A stretch of 40,713 bases of DNA from a virus: the IMG/VR virus record IMGVR_UViG_2940228231_000001, positions 1-40,713 of that record; one strand, 5' to 3'. How positions within the stretch are numbered: position 1 is the stretch's first letter; each line of letters opens with the position of its first letter. The notes under the pieces are model-generated. The model ran no database searches. It had not been told where the DNA came from and saw only the letters and a program-made list of their open reading frames with translations. Positions 6,222 through 15,998 of the stretch are shown one piece after another. Position numbers and translations under genes: made by a program.

Positions 6222-9200
6222 TTAGTTGCCATATGCGATTTTCTTTGCACCTTCAATTAAAGCATTAACTTTCCAGTTGTAGTCATCATGATAGTCATAA
6301 GCATCTGCGTAAGCACGATCCATTCTACCAACACGAATGTAGCTGGCTATTTCATATACAGCTAGGTTACGCTTCTTTCCAAGGATATAGTCATAATCAA
6401 CTCCGTATTCTTCCATTGTATTGATGACTTCATACGCTGTGCCTAAATCCTCATTCTCAAGGGCATCGTCACAAGCACCACCAAGTGCCGTCTTAACTTT
6501 CTTGTCAACAGACTCTCTATCTACACCTGCATCAATTAACCTGCTAGCTTCTGATTCTATCTTGTCAGCATCATTGCTTTCCAATGCCGTCTTAAATTCC
6601 TTTGAGAATGCCTTTGAAATCCTGCCACCAATATATTCAGAGTCAACACCATTAGCCTTCATGTCATCTTCAATCATTCTAGCAACATCCATATCTCCAT
6701 TTTTCATCGCCTTGATGTAGTATGCCATGAACTTTGGTCTGTTTTCTTCCAGGGTGATATCATATCTGTATTTCGCAGATAAGTATCCAATGTACTCCTC
6801 AGCTACAAAACACTTTGCAATTTGCTTTGCAGCAGCTTCAGCGTCTCTTGTTACATTGCCTAACGGAATTCCTGTAACAGAACTGATTGCAGAGGCCATT
6901 AACTTTGTCTTTTCGTATATTGTGTATTTGTCAGAACTCCACATTTTAATAGAATTCACTAGGTCTGCAATGCCATCCATATCCATTCTCGACACTTCAA
7001 ACCCTTGTGCCATAGAGCTAACATCACGGAGCAGTGGCAATAGGTTTGCTGGATTTGCATTATCAATAAAGTTTTCTAGGATGTAGTTTTGCCATCTTTC
7101 TAAATAATCTTTGTCGTCATCATCCTCACCTCTTGCTCTAAGTGCATCAATCAGTGCTGCTGCCATTGATACTGCAACTGCATTTGCCACATATACGCTT
7201 GTCACTCGTGACACTCTAGCTGCAGCACCTTTTTTATTGCCGTTTTTAAAGTCTTTCCCTGCTAGTACAAGCTCTGTACGCATCATGTTGAATGTTTTTG
7301 TAGGCTCTGCCATGAATGATGTAATCATCTTGCTTGCTAAGTCTTGGCTACGCATAATTTGCGATCTATGGAATACCGAGTCAACTACTTGAGTACGGTC
7401 AACCACATACGAGAACCGTTCGTTAACAGCTTTCCAATATGCATCCGTTCCGGGCTTCAAATCTTTTCGCTTAGAATTAATTTCTTTCTTAACACCGCTC
7501 CATATTGTTGCCCATGTAATGTCATCGGCCTTTCCGTACATTTCCATGAACAATGTATCGACAATGTTTCGCTTGCCAATGAAGATATCTCTCATGCTTC
7601 TGGAAACATCAGTGTTATAAAAACCCCAACTTTTCCACCTTGCAATCTGACAATGCTCTTGCATTTCTTTTAAGCTAATCTTTCCTGGAGTCATAAGATA
7701 TGCAGGATTTATCACTGTTGCCGCTCTAACAATAGCAGTAGGTTGTTGTACCAACACTCTAAGATTTGCTCCAATTTTTGCCTTTTTGTAATTCGCAAGT
7801 AACTTATTGGACAGATTAGTGTCGTTGTTTCTAGCATGATTCTGATTTACGTCATTAACAAACCTGCGAATGTAATTGTTCACGTTGTCACCAAATGATT
7901 GTTGAATGCTTTTCTGCACTGTGGCCGATATTTTCCCGTCACTATTTCTTTGCTTGTAATTATATACTCGTTCAAAATCAGTGAGTGCAGGGACTAATGA
8001 GTTGTACATGGACATCGTATTCACGTGCTGTGTAAATACATTAAAGATATCGTCAACCACAATTGGGTTGTTCGCTTTCATTACAGTATTTTTTGTAAAT
8101 CCTACATTCTTAATCTTAGATGCCTGAACTTTGTCGAAACTCTCATCAAGGAAAGCATCTGAAGATTTAATCGGGAAATAGTGTTTTTCAGTAAACTTCT
8201 TGTACCCATATAGTTTCATAGAAGTTTCGTTACCCCACTCAGAACAGGTAGTCCCCATGAAACTCTGTAGCTCATCAGCGACCTTTTTCTGTTCTGCAGT
8301 AAGACTACCAATGATTCTTTTTACATCATCAATTGTTGGCATTACTTGTGCGTCTGACAATCTGCGCTTCGCAAATGATTTTGTCAGCTTCTGTCTAGTC
8401 TTGTCTACCACCCCAATTGGCGATGCAGTTATTCCAGAACCAAGGATATGATCCACAGCTTGTTCTCTGTTCATTAAGCAATAAAGCGACATGACCTGTG
8501 ATGGTACTAACTCTATAATTCCTCCGTTTTCTAAAGTGAACTTTTTTGCTCTTGCATTATCATCAATCCATTTCTTCACTTTGTACTTCTTAGCAAGCTC
8601 GGCAATAAAATCTTTGCCCTGCGATACATTATCAATATGCTTATCAAATCCACGTCTCATATTTTGGTAAAGCTCAAACATCTTCCCACCAACAGTTTCA
8701 AACATATCAATCGGATTGATATTTGTTTCATTGAAGAACCTATTAATTTCGCCTCTGAATCCTTCATACTGTTTCTTGGCTTTCATGGTTGCGTTGTCTG
8801 CAATTATGGTATCTCCATACTCTGAAATACTTTCTTTTAGGCCGTCACTGAAAGTTTTATTCATTGTGGACAGTGAGAAGCGAATATGCTTAATTAACCG
8901 ATACACTTGCTCAAGCTCATCAATGGACAGGTCCGAAAATCTTTTCCCATCTAGCTCCGCACTGAGTATGCTAAGCGCATCTTGTATACTCTCATCAATC
9001 TCAATGGTGGAATCTTCATTCTTTGCTAGCTTCTCATATTCATTTCTGAGTTCAGCCAGTTTCATTGTTCTTCGAGATGGGCCATACTTCCGCGTCCAGT
9101 TATCTGTCCTTGTCGTGCTAAAATCGAATCCAGACAGCATTGTAGCAATAGCCTTTGCGTATCCATGAGGGATATGTTTTGTCTCTGTTGGTCTCAACAA

Positions 9201-12200
9201 GCTTTCAGACATCCACTGAGTATAGGCTTCGATTCTTGAAGTGTAGTATTTCTTTTCTTTCTTGTCTTTATTCTGTTGCTTAATATCATTGATTTTATTC
9301 TTATAAAACTCATCTTTCTTATCAAGTCTAGACTTCATACGTTCTTTCTGTTTTTTCATCAAAGCATTTCTCTCAGCTTTTACTTTATCAACAGCCTTCA
9401 TCTTTTCCTCATGTTTTAGATCCGCAAATGTTTTTTTCTGCGCCAAGTCATATGACATCTGCAACACATCTTTCGCAATCGTATCCCTGAACTCAGCTAT
9501 CTCACCTTCTGAATATTCCTCCACATAAGGTTTAATACTTTCAACCACTTCCAGGATATTGTAAAGCTGGTCTACTTCATTTGTGTATTCCTGAGCATCA
9601 AACACTCCTGGATGTGTTTCAGCTAGCTCTTGATAAAAGGTATCAATCGGAATGCCTGAGTTCTTGGATAGTTTTACAATTCCGAAATGTGATTTTCTCA
9701 GTTCATTGAAATCGTCGATATCATTCCAATAGTTTTCACTGAGCCTCAAAGTTGTTTTCCTTAAGGTGTCACGCAATCCCTTGTAATCCGTCCACATTTC
9801 GTCATGAAGTATTTCCATTTTGTCCGTGATTTTATCCGCTACATTAAGGCATAAATCATCAATAAGGTTCCAGTTCCCTTCAGGTTTTCGCATCTCCGCA
9901 AAGACTTGTTTCACATCAGTCATTACACTTTCGTGCAAAATGCCATTGCGCTTGCCAAGATATGCTTCAATTAGTCTTGAGACCGCAATCCCAGTCTGTT
10001 TTGGTTCTGGTTCGGCAAACTTAGACCTCTTGAATTCCGCTTTTAATTTTTTATTGGTTTTTTCTAGCTCAGACACCTTCTGTTTTAGGTTGTCACTATC
10101 ATCCTTAATCTGGAATTTTCCTACATCTGAAACAATCTCATTTATTGTCAAACTATTGACATCATTCAGTTGTTGGAGTAAACTAAATAAAGAAGCAGTG
10201 TTGCCTCCGCGAGTACTTCCCGATTGGGTCGCCGCGGTCTTGGAAGGCACGCTGTTTTTTTGTACCATCTCAAGTTCATGAAGGTAATAACCTTGATATG
10301 CACTAGAAGTATCTCTATTTACAACAACCCCAACATAATAATCATCCATTCTAGTTGTTATTAGATTCCAAATTTTTATTGGAGCTGACAAAACAATAGT
10401 ATCATAGCCCCGCATCTTCCAGTTGTAATGTGCATCAATAATTTTTCCATTTTCAATCACTTCTGTAAGAGACTTAAATGCAACTGCCTTCATTCTCCCC
10501 ACTCCGTGACCTATCGATGATTTCACTCCTTTGTGCTCAAGAGAAATATCTCCGAGCACTGGATGATGCACTTCATTCCCAATGCTATCAAAATAATCTG
10601 ATACCTGAGTAACTAAGTCGATCTGACCCTTGGCAAACTCTTTACCTGTGAGCGTAGTCACTGGGTTCATCTCTGTCACGGCTTTCATGTTAGCGAGCAC
10701 TTGTGTCTTATCTATGTTAAATCTCTTGATTTCACTTTCTTTCATCTGATATCTGATGTCTGTGTCAGTTGTGGGATTTTCGTTCGCTACAGACTTAATC
10801 TGCTCCGAATAGAACGGAATTACAACAGTGTGAATGTCTCCACCGTTTTTCCCACCTTGGTCAATAATCCCATCATACCCTTTATCTTTTAAATAAGCCG
10901 TGATTGCATCTGGTATTGAAGTCCATGCATGAGTTGTGCCTTTTTCTATATCTCTTTCAAGACTCTCTACCCATTCTAGTGGATTACGATTTCTTTTATC
11001 CCACATATCAGAATTGGCGGATTCGCTTTCGTAAACTGACAAGTCAGCAGATTCAAGCCAAGTTTTTAAATCAGCTATTAAGGATTGATCGATATCTGCA
11101 GTTGACATAGGATTGACTACATTTAAATATGTTTCATATACTTTTTCATCTCTTAAATACGGGTCGTTATAGTATACGCCTTCTACTCCTGCAAGCTCAA
11201 GTACTTCCATGAACCTTGATTCCTCATTGATTAAGTCTCCACTATTAAGCCAAGAATCAACCAATGCCTGTAATGCGTTCCCTTTTGCATATCTAAGGTC
11301 ATAAGAACCATTCCCAATATTATTGCCTGGAATAGTAATAATGTTTTCTACATCGTCATCAAATGCGATTTCCTTAGCCTTAGTTTTAATCTCTTCTCTT
11401 TCTGCATTAGACAACTTCCCCCACAATTCGACAATGCTCATATCTTTCCCATTGTAATTAATACGGAATTGTGTTTCATATGAGTCATATTCGTTATCAT
11501 AATTAATAGATGTGTCTTGCTTATCCTTGCTGTAGTTATCAGCAATATCCTTGTTGTCAGTAAAAAAAGCCATTGGTCCACTTGTAGCACGTTCAGGGTC
11601 AAAATAGTTTCCTACTCTATCTGCTCTTGATGTCCCATGATACATAACCTTGAGATGCCCATTATTATCACGCACTTTGGATTTTTTGAAGTATTCAGCT
11701 TGATTCTCTGATAAAGAATTGCCTTCATTATCTTTAAGTGAATACTTCTCTTTTGTCTCGGATACTGCTTTCACACCAATGCTCTCATTCAAAGCTTTAG
11801 CCCAAAGCGACTGCGCTTCTTCCACAATCCCAAGTGCCTCAAGCCAGTCACCCTTCTTGTTTCCTGATGCCATTCTATGCAGCGTGTCCAACAATGCCCT
11901 AATACCGTCAACCAATTTTTCAGCTAACGAACGATTTTCATTAACTAATGACTCAATCATGTCCACATCTTTAAAGAAAACATCTGTAGCGTCTGCAAGT
12001 AATTCATCTTCAGCCTGAGACACAGTAAGGTCTACACCGTTTCTTGCGTATCTATCAATCATGCCTCTAATCTTAGCATCATATTTTTTCTGGTCAGCTT
12101 CATAAAACTTTTTGAATACAAATTGCTTCAATTCATTATATGCTTCTGGTGCTGTCTCCTGCAGGTTATGTGTTAATTCATGTTTAAGCACATCAAAGAT

Positions 12201-14657
12201 AGGATTTTGCGACTTTGCAGAGATATAAATCGTTCCATCTTGATATTTGCCATTAGCTACGTCCTTTTGCCCAGCAACATCTATCTGATCCACAACCACA
12301 ACATTCTTACCCGTAACCTGCACAAATGTGTTTAATGCTGCAGATTTCTCCTTACCGAACTGTTTCTCATTCTTTTCGGACATAGTAAGATTGCCGATAC
12401 GTCTCTTAGACTTAACGACCTTTTTCTGCGCTTGCTTGACTTGCTCTTGCTCAATATGGTATATCTGATTTCCCGCATTATATGCAGCCATTTTCACTGC
12501 TTCAGGAATAACCTTATCATAGGTTTTTAATATCTTTCCGTAGTCATAATTAACTTGGCCTCCTTGATAGTATAGATTGAACCCTGCTACGTATTCAGGA
12601 AGTTTCTTGAAATCAATATCCTCCATACCCTTATTGAATATTGCTGCAGTCTGTTCATCAAGATTCACCGTGAGGGCCTGAGAAGCCATTTCTCTTGCTT
12701 CTTGTCTAGCCTCCTTAATGACGCCTTCCTTCTGCCTTGCTTTCATTCCTGCTGCATATATCGACAATTCATCTATGGTACTCTGATTAGAGAAAGGCAG
12801 CTTTACGCCTGTTTCCATTTCTATGATTGCACGTGCGTCTTCATTGCCTACTGCAGCAACATTGAAATCTTGTGCTGTTGCTGTTCCCAGTACAATTCTA
12901 GCAATAGGTGTTGATACCGCTTTCGATGTTTCTGCATCTCTTCCACTGGCTGTCATCATAGATTCTATCTCGGCTGCTTTTCCAGCTACTCTCTTTGCCA
13001 TAACTTGGTCAACCATAACTTGCTCTACTTCGCTCCCAACACGTCTATCGTTCTTCATCATGTCAGTAGTACCCGCTGTAGCATGCAAATTTTGTACATA
13101 TTCCTGTTCAGCTATATTAGCCTTTTCTATCATGGCCTTCTCGGTTTTATATTGCTCCTGATAGATTTTATTAGCCAAGTCAACTACTTGTTCATTCAAA
13201 ACAGCTTCTCCACTAGATTGTTGTTTTTCTAGGCTTGTCGCAAAACTATATGCTTCAGACTTTTCTCCTTGCGCTTTTCCGGCCTTGATTAATTCAGTTT
13301 TCTCGGACTCGGAAAAGGTTGCTGTTTTCTGAGTTCCCTTTGCCTTATTTACAATAGCACTACCGCCGCCAAGAGCACCAGACATAGCTGCGCCCATAAC
13401 AAAATCACTGCCCATCTGCTGTAAATAGCCAGTTTTTATTGGATGCTTATACTGTTCAATTGCGTTCTTGTCGTAGATCGATTCAATAGCGGGCTGAAAC
13501 AAATCGGATACAACTTCTTCTGACCCTTCTTCAATCATTCCAGAGCCAGCTTTGACTGCATTCTTGACAATCTTATACGTTAGATCCTTCGAAACGCCCT
13601 GTTTAGTTAATTTCTTAGTCAGATTATATGCGGTTCTTTCGGCCACATTGTCAAGAATACCTTTTCCAGCGGTGTTTTTCATGACATCAAACGGGGAGAA
13701 TAATTTCTCAGTTGCAGCTTCTACGGAACCACTTAATGCACCGACTAAAAGCTGTTTGTTTTTTGATGCCCCAGATTCCCTTGCAGTCATTGATGAATCA
13801 CCAAAGGAACGCAAAAACATCGGTGCCAAAATTCCAGTACCTGTAGCTGCGCCAATCGTAGCGTCACCCGCCCACTGAAGCATCTGTGAATACAAATCAA
13901 TACCGAACTGCCCTGCTTTGCCTAATCCTTCCTTCGCCTTTTCAATGTCTGCATTTCCAGCCGCTCTTAATTTGCTAGCTTTTTCTTGAATATCAGCTGA
14001 TGCTTTGTCAGCAATTGACTGAATCTCATTACGTCTTTTTTTATTGAATTCAGCCGTTTGCTTAACACTTTCTTTGATTTGTCTTTTCTCTTCGCTGGTT
14101 TTGTTAACCCATCTTCTATCATTACTACCGCGTTGTCTTGTATAGGCGTTTTGATTCTCTCTATTAATTCTCCCTTGACTAATATTGCCGTGCATAGTCG
14201 CAAAAGTATTCATGAAAGATGAACCAACATTCTTTACTGTTCCTTTAGTAGCGTTACCAATCCTGTCTCCAGCTTTGGACTCTCTTATTTGATTGTATGT
14301 GCGAGCATTACCACCATTCGTATTCATCACCTTGCTAAGTTCGCCTGCACCTGTATTCGCAGTTCTCCTGCGATTTTTAGCATTGCTAGTAGCCTTGCTC
14401 TTTCCAGAATTCTGAATGTTTACCTGGTTTGCTTTGTTATTCGTATTGAAAGTCGGCTTCTTTGCAGAAGTTGCAATATCTTTATTCGCTAACTGTTTAG
14501 AAACGGTATTCTTTGTGTTGTTTTTTGGATTGTGGTTAGGATATTTCTTATTCCAATTATTTATAATTTCCTTGTTTCGTTTCTTTTCTTCTTGATCTGA
14601 TTTCCTGGCTGATGCTATTTCTTTTTCAAACCATTTTCTGTCACTTGCTTTACTCAT
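6222..14657 (-). CDS. Giant 2811-aa multidomain virion-associated protein (polyvalent-protein-like) with HExxH metallopeptidase motif
   Basis: Single uninterrupted ORF with AAGGAG RBS. K/N/R-rich N-terminus, then Gly/Ala-rich hydrophobic segments (AGDATIGAATGTGILAPMF; GAAMSGALGGGSAIV). HELTH at aa 826-830 (nt 12168..12182). Further conserved-looking blocks VMYHGTS...FFTDNKDIADNYSK and HKGVKSSIGHGVGRMK. Confidence 0.85.
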   Translation of the reverse strand: MSKASDRKWFEKEIASARKSDQEEKKRNKEIINNWNKKYPNHNPKNNTKNTVSKQLANKDIATSAKKPTFNTNNKANQVNIQNSGKSKATSNAKNRRRTANTGAGELSKVMNTNGGNARTYNQIRESKAGDRIGNATKGTVKNVGSSFMNTFATMHGNISQGRINRENQNAYTRQRGSNDRRWVNKTSEEKRQIKESVKQTAEFNKKRRNEIQSIADKASADIQEKASKLRAAGNADIEKAKEGLGKAGQFGIDLYSQMLQWAGDATIGAATGTGILAPMFLRSFGDSSMTARESGASKNKQLLVGALSGSVEAATEKLFSPFDVMKNTAGKGILDNVAERTAYNLTKKLTKQGVSKDLTYKIVKNAVKAGSGMIEEGSEEVVSDLFQPAIESIYDKNAIEQYKHPIKTGYLQQMGSDFVMGAAMSGALGGGSAIVNKAKGTQKTATFSESEKTELIKAGKAQGEKSEAYSFATSLEKQQSSGEAVLNEQVVDLANKIYQEQYKTEKAMIEKANIAEQEYVQNLHATAGTTDMMKNDRRVGSEVEQVMVDQVMAKRVAGKAAEIESMMTASGRDAETSKAVSTPIARIVLGTATAQDFNVAAVGNEDARAIIEMETGVKLPFSNQSTIDELSIYAAGMKARQKEGVIKEARQEAREMASQALTVNLDEQTAAIFNKGMEDIDFKKLPEYVAGFNLYYQGGQVNYDYGKILKTYDKVIPEAVKMAAYNAGNQIYHIEQEQVKQAQKKVVKSKRRIGNLTMSEKNEKQFGKEKSAALNTFVQVTGKNVVVVDQIDVAGQKDVANGKYQDGTIYISAKSQNPIFDVLKHELTHNLQETAPEAYNELKQFVFKKFYEADQKKYDAKIRGMIDRYARNGVDLTVSQAEDELLADATDVFFKDVDMIESLVNENRSLAEKLVDGIRALLDTLHRMASGNKKGDWLEALGIVEEAQSLWAKALNESIGVKAVSETKEKYSLKDNEGNSLSENQAEYFKKSKVRDNNGHLKVMYHGTSRADRVGNYFDPERATSGPMAFFTDNKDIADNYSKDKQDTSINYDNEYDSYETQFRINYNGKDMSIVELWGKLSNAEREEIKTKAKEIAFDDDVENIITIPGNNIGNGSYDLRYAKGNALQALVDSWLNSGDLINEESRFMEVLELAGVEGVYYNDPYLRDEKVYETYLNVVNPMSTADIDQSLIADLKTWLESADLSVYESESANSDMWDKRNRNPLEWVESLERDIEKGTTHAWTSIPDAITAYLKDKGYDGIIDQGGKNGGDIHTVVIPFYSEQIKSVANENPTTDTDIRYQMKESEIKRFNIDKTQVLANMKAVTEMNPVTTLTGKEFAKGQIDLVTQVSDYFDSIGNEVHHPVLGDISLEHKGVKSSIGHGVGRMKAVAFKSLTEVIENGKIIDAHYNWKMRGYDTIVLSAPIKIWNLITTRMDDYYVGVVVNRDTSSAYQGYYLHELEMVQKNSVPSKTAATQSGSTRGGNTASLFSLLQQLNDVNSLTINEIVSDVGKFQIKDDSDNLKQKVSELEKTNKKLKAEFKRSKFAEPEPKQTGIAVSRLIEAYLGKRNGILHESVMTDVKQVFAEMRKPEGNWNLIDDLCLNVADKITDKMEILHDEMWTDYKGLRDTLRKTTLRLSENYWNDIDDFNELRKSHFGIVKLSKNSGIPIDTFYQELAETHPGVFDAQEYTNEVDQLYNILEVVESIKPYVEEYSEGEIAEFRDTIAKDVLQMSYDLAQKKTFADLKHEEKMKAVDKVKAERNALMKKQKERMKSRLDKKDEFYKNKINDIKQQNKDKKEKKYYTSRIEAYTQWMSESLLRPTETKHIPHGYAKAIATMLSGFDFSTTRTDNWTRKYGPSRRTMKLAELRNEYEKLAKNEDSTIEIDESIQDALSILSAELDGKRFSDLSIDELEQVYRLIKHIRFSLSTMNKTFSDGLKESISEYGDTIIADNATMKAKKQYEGFRGEINRFFNETNINPIDMFETVGGKMFELYQNMRRGFDKHIDNVSQGKDFIAELAKKYKVKKWIDDNARAKKFTLENGGIIELVPSQVMSLYCLMNREQAVDHILGSGITASPIGVVDKTRQKLTKSFAKRRLSDAQVMPTIDDVKRIIGSLTAEQKKVADELQSFMGTTCSEWGNETSMKLYGYKKFTEKHYFPIKSSDAFLDESFDKVQASKIKNVGFTKNTVMKANNPIVVDDIFNVFTQHVNTMSMYNSLVPALTDFERVYNYKQRNSDGKISATVQKSIQQSFGDNVNNYIRRFVNDVNQNHARNNDTNLSNKLLANYKKAKIGANLRVLVQQPTAIVRAATVINPAYLMTPGKISLKEMQEHCQIARWKSWGFYNTDVSRSMRDIFIGKRNIVDTLFMEMYGKADDITWATIWSGVKKEINSKRKDLKPGTDAYWKAVNERFSYVVDRTQVVDSVFHRSQIMRSQDLASKMITSFMAEPTKTFNMMRTELVLAGKDFKNGNKKGAAARVSRVTSVYVANAVAVSMAAALIDALRARGEDDDDKDYLERWQNYILENFIDNANPANLLPLLRDVSSMAQGFEVSRMDMDGIADLVNSIKMWSSDKYTIYEKTKLMASAISSVTGIPLGNVTRDAEAAAKQIAKCFVAEEYIGYLSAKYRYDITLEENRPKFMAYYIKAMKNGDMDVARMIEDDMKANGVDSEYIGGRISKAFSKEFKTALESNDADKIESEASRLIDAGVDRESVDKKVKTALGGACDDALENEDLGTAYEVINTMEEYGVDYDYILGKKRNLAVYEIASYIRVGRMDRAYADAYDYHDDYNWKVNALIEGAKKIAYGN

Positions 14658-14667
14658 CTGCTTCTCC

Positions 14668-15699
14668 TTATTTCACATTAGAGAAAAATTGCTTCTGCAA
14701 TTTTAAATACTCGGAACGACTAATCTTCTTTTCGTTCAATTTTTTCAAACAATACTCTTTTAAGAAGCCTCTGGTAGCACCTTTCGTTAATGCACTACCA
14801 CAGTATTCTTCTGTTACCTTATAGACTGTGGTTGAATGTTTTGTAGTCTTTTTCAAGCTACCTTGCTCATAAGATGCTTTCTGTCCCGATTTCCCTCCCG
14901 CAGGCATGCTTCCTGAGGAATTACTGCCACCTCCTGAGCTATAACTTCCACTAGAGCCGCTCCCTCCCGAACTGCCACTTGATTTCATTGCAGCAATCTG
15001 TGCGTCTCTATATTTCTGGTCAGATGTTTTTGTGCCCACCTTAATGCCAAAGTATTTTGCAACCTGCTTATTGGCATAACCCAATGTAGTCCATTTGTTA
15101 TACATTCTCTGATATTTGTCCTGTTGTGTTTGGAATTTCTGCGACCATGTTTGCTGTTGTTTGTTTAACTCGTAGTTTTTGAGGTCAAGGTCATATTCTT
15201 TATCCCACTGTTGATCGCCAATATCGTCTCTGTAATTCTGATAGTTAAAGTTATTATCATACTCGTATGTATTACGGTTATAGTCTCGATTATCCGCCCA
15301 TTTGCTATATGCCGAATCATCCAAGCTTTGCATTGCACCTAGAGCATTGAGATTGTAGTTTCTTTCATTATTGAACTTGTCATAGGCCAACGCTTCTAAT
15401 TCTGGGATTTTGTCAGTAAGCGCCTGATCATAGACATTCTGTGCTTGCATCGCTGCTGTTGTCGCATAAGTCGATGCCAATCCTCCTGTGTTGTTCGAAA
15501 CATCCGCAAGAGTATTCTGCCTTGCTTCCTTACCAAGCCTACCATATTGACTTGCATACGACTGATATGCTGCATCAGTCATAGGGCTATAGTCGAATTT
15601 CTCACCATTAGACACCTTTCCTGTTAGTTCAGTTATTGTATCTGAATAGGCTGATGTATATGGGTCAGTCTCTTGATATTCCTTTTTAACATATGCCAT
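14668..15699 (-). CDS. 343-aa low-complexity (N/Q/Y/D-rich, then S/G-rich) virion protein candidate
   Basis: AGGAGG RBS. Central NYNRNTYEYDNNFNYQNYRDD-type region and SSGSSGGSGSSGSYSSGGGSNSSGS linker. Sits immediately upstream of the giant gene. Confidence 0.7.
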   Translation of the reverse strand: MAYVKKEYQETDPYTSAYSDTITELTGKVSNGEKFDYSPMTDAAYQSYASQYGRLGKEARQNTLADVSNNTGGLASTYATTAAMQAQNVYDQALTDKIPELEALAYDKFNNERNYNLNALGAMQSLDDSAYSKWADNRDYNRNTYEYDNNFNYQNYRDDIGDQQWDKEYDLDLKNYELNKQQQTWSQKFQTQQDKYQRMYNKWTTLGYANKQVAKYFGIKVGTKTSDQKYRDAQIAAMKSSGSSGGSGSSGSYSSGGGSNSSGSMPAGGKSGQKASYEQGSLKKTTKHSTTVYKVTEEYCGSALTKGATRGFLKEYCLKKLNEKKISRSEYLKLQKQFFSNVK

Positions 15700-15832
15700 C
15701 TTTTCGTCCTCCTGTTTTTTCTTTATCTTCTCATATTTGATTCATGTTTTCGCCTGCCGACTCTTAGTGCTATTTTTATGCTGTCAACAGCAAAACAAGG
15801 TCGGTTTACAAGTTTGTACTGGTAATTTATGT

Positions 15833-15860
15833 AAACAAAAAGGCAAGCCTAAGCTTGCCT
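15833..15860 (-). terminator. Rho-independent terminator inside the structural gene block
   Basis: Minus strand AGGCAAGC-ttag-GCTTGCCT (perfect 8 bp) followed by TTTTGTTT. Confidence 0.7.
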
Positions 15861-15998
15861 AATTTCTTCCATCTCTACCTCGATAGTGTTAAGGTCACGA
15901 TTAATTTGGTCTTGAATCTGTGCAAGTATATTGTTAAATTCCCTGCATGCTTCTTCTACGGTTTTTAAGCTTTCAGGTATTCTTGGAATCTGAATCAT
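15849..15998 (-). CDS. 49-aa helical small protein, translationally coupled (TAATG) to the 531-aa gene
   Basis: My own translation gives MIQIPRIPESLKTVEEACREFNNILAQIQDQINRDLNTIEVEMEEIRQA. It is below the ORF-track size cut-off. Its stop lies in the loop of the terminator. Confidence 0.5.
   Translation of the reverse strand: MIQIPRIPESLKTVEEACREFNNILAQIQDQINRDLNTIEVEMEEIRQA

Noticed and set aside
13967-14203. A 78-aa alternative-frame minus-strand ORF, plus many + strand ORFs inside the giant gene.
   Set aside because: They are fully embedded in a long, RBS-supported ORF and have no start signals of their own.
6222-14657. Calling the 2811-aa protein a tape measure protein.
   Set aside because: There is no tail tube and no chaperone-frameshift pair upstream. 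The length would imply an implausibly long tail. The protein also contains an HExxH motif and several globular enzyme-like blocks rather than a uniform helical ruler.
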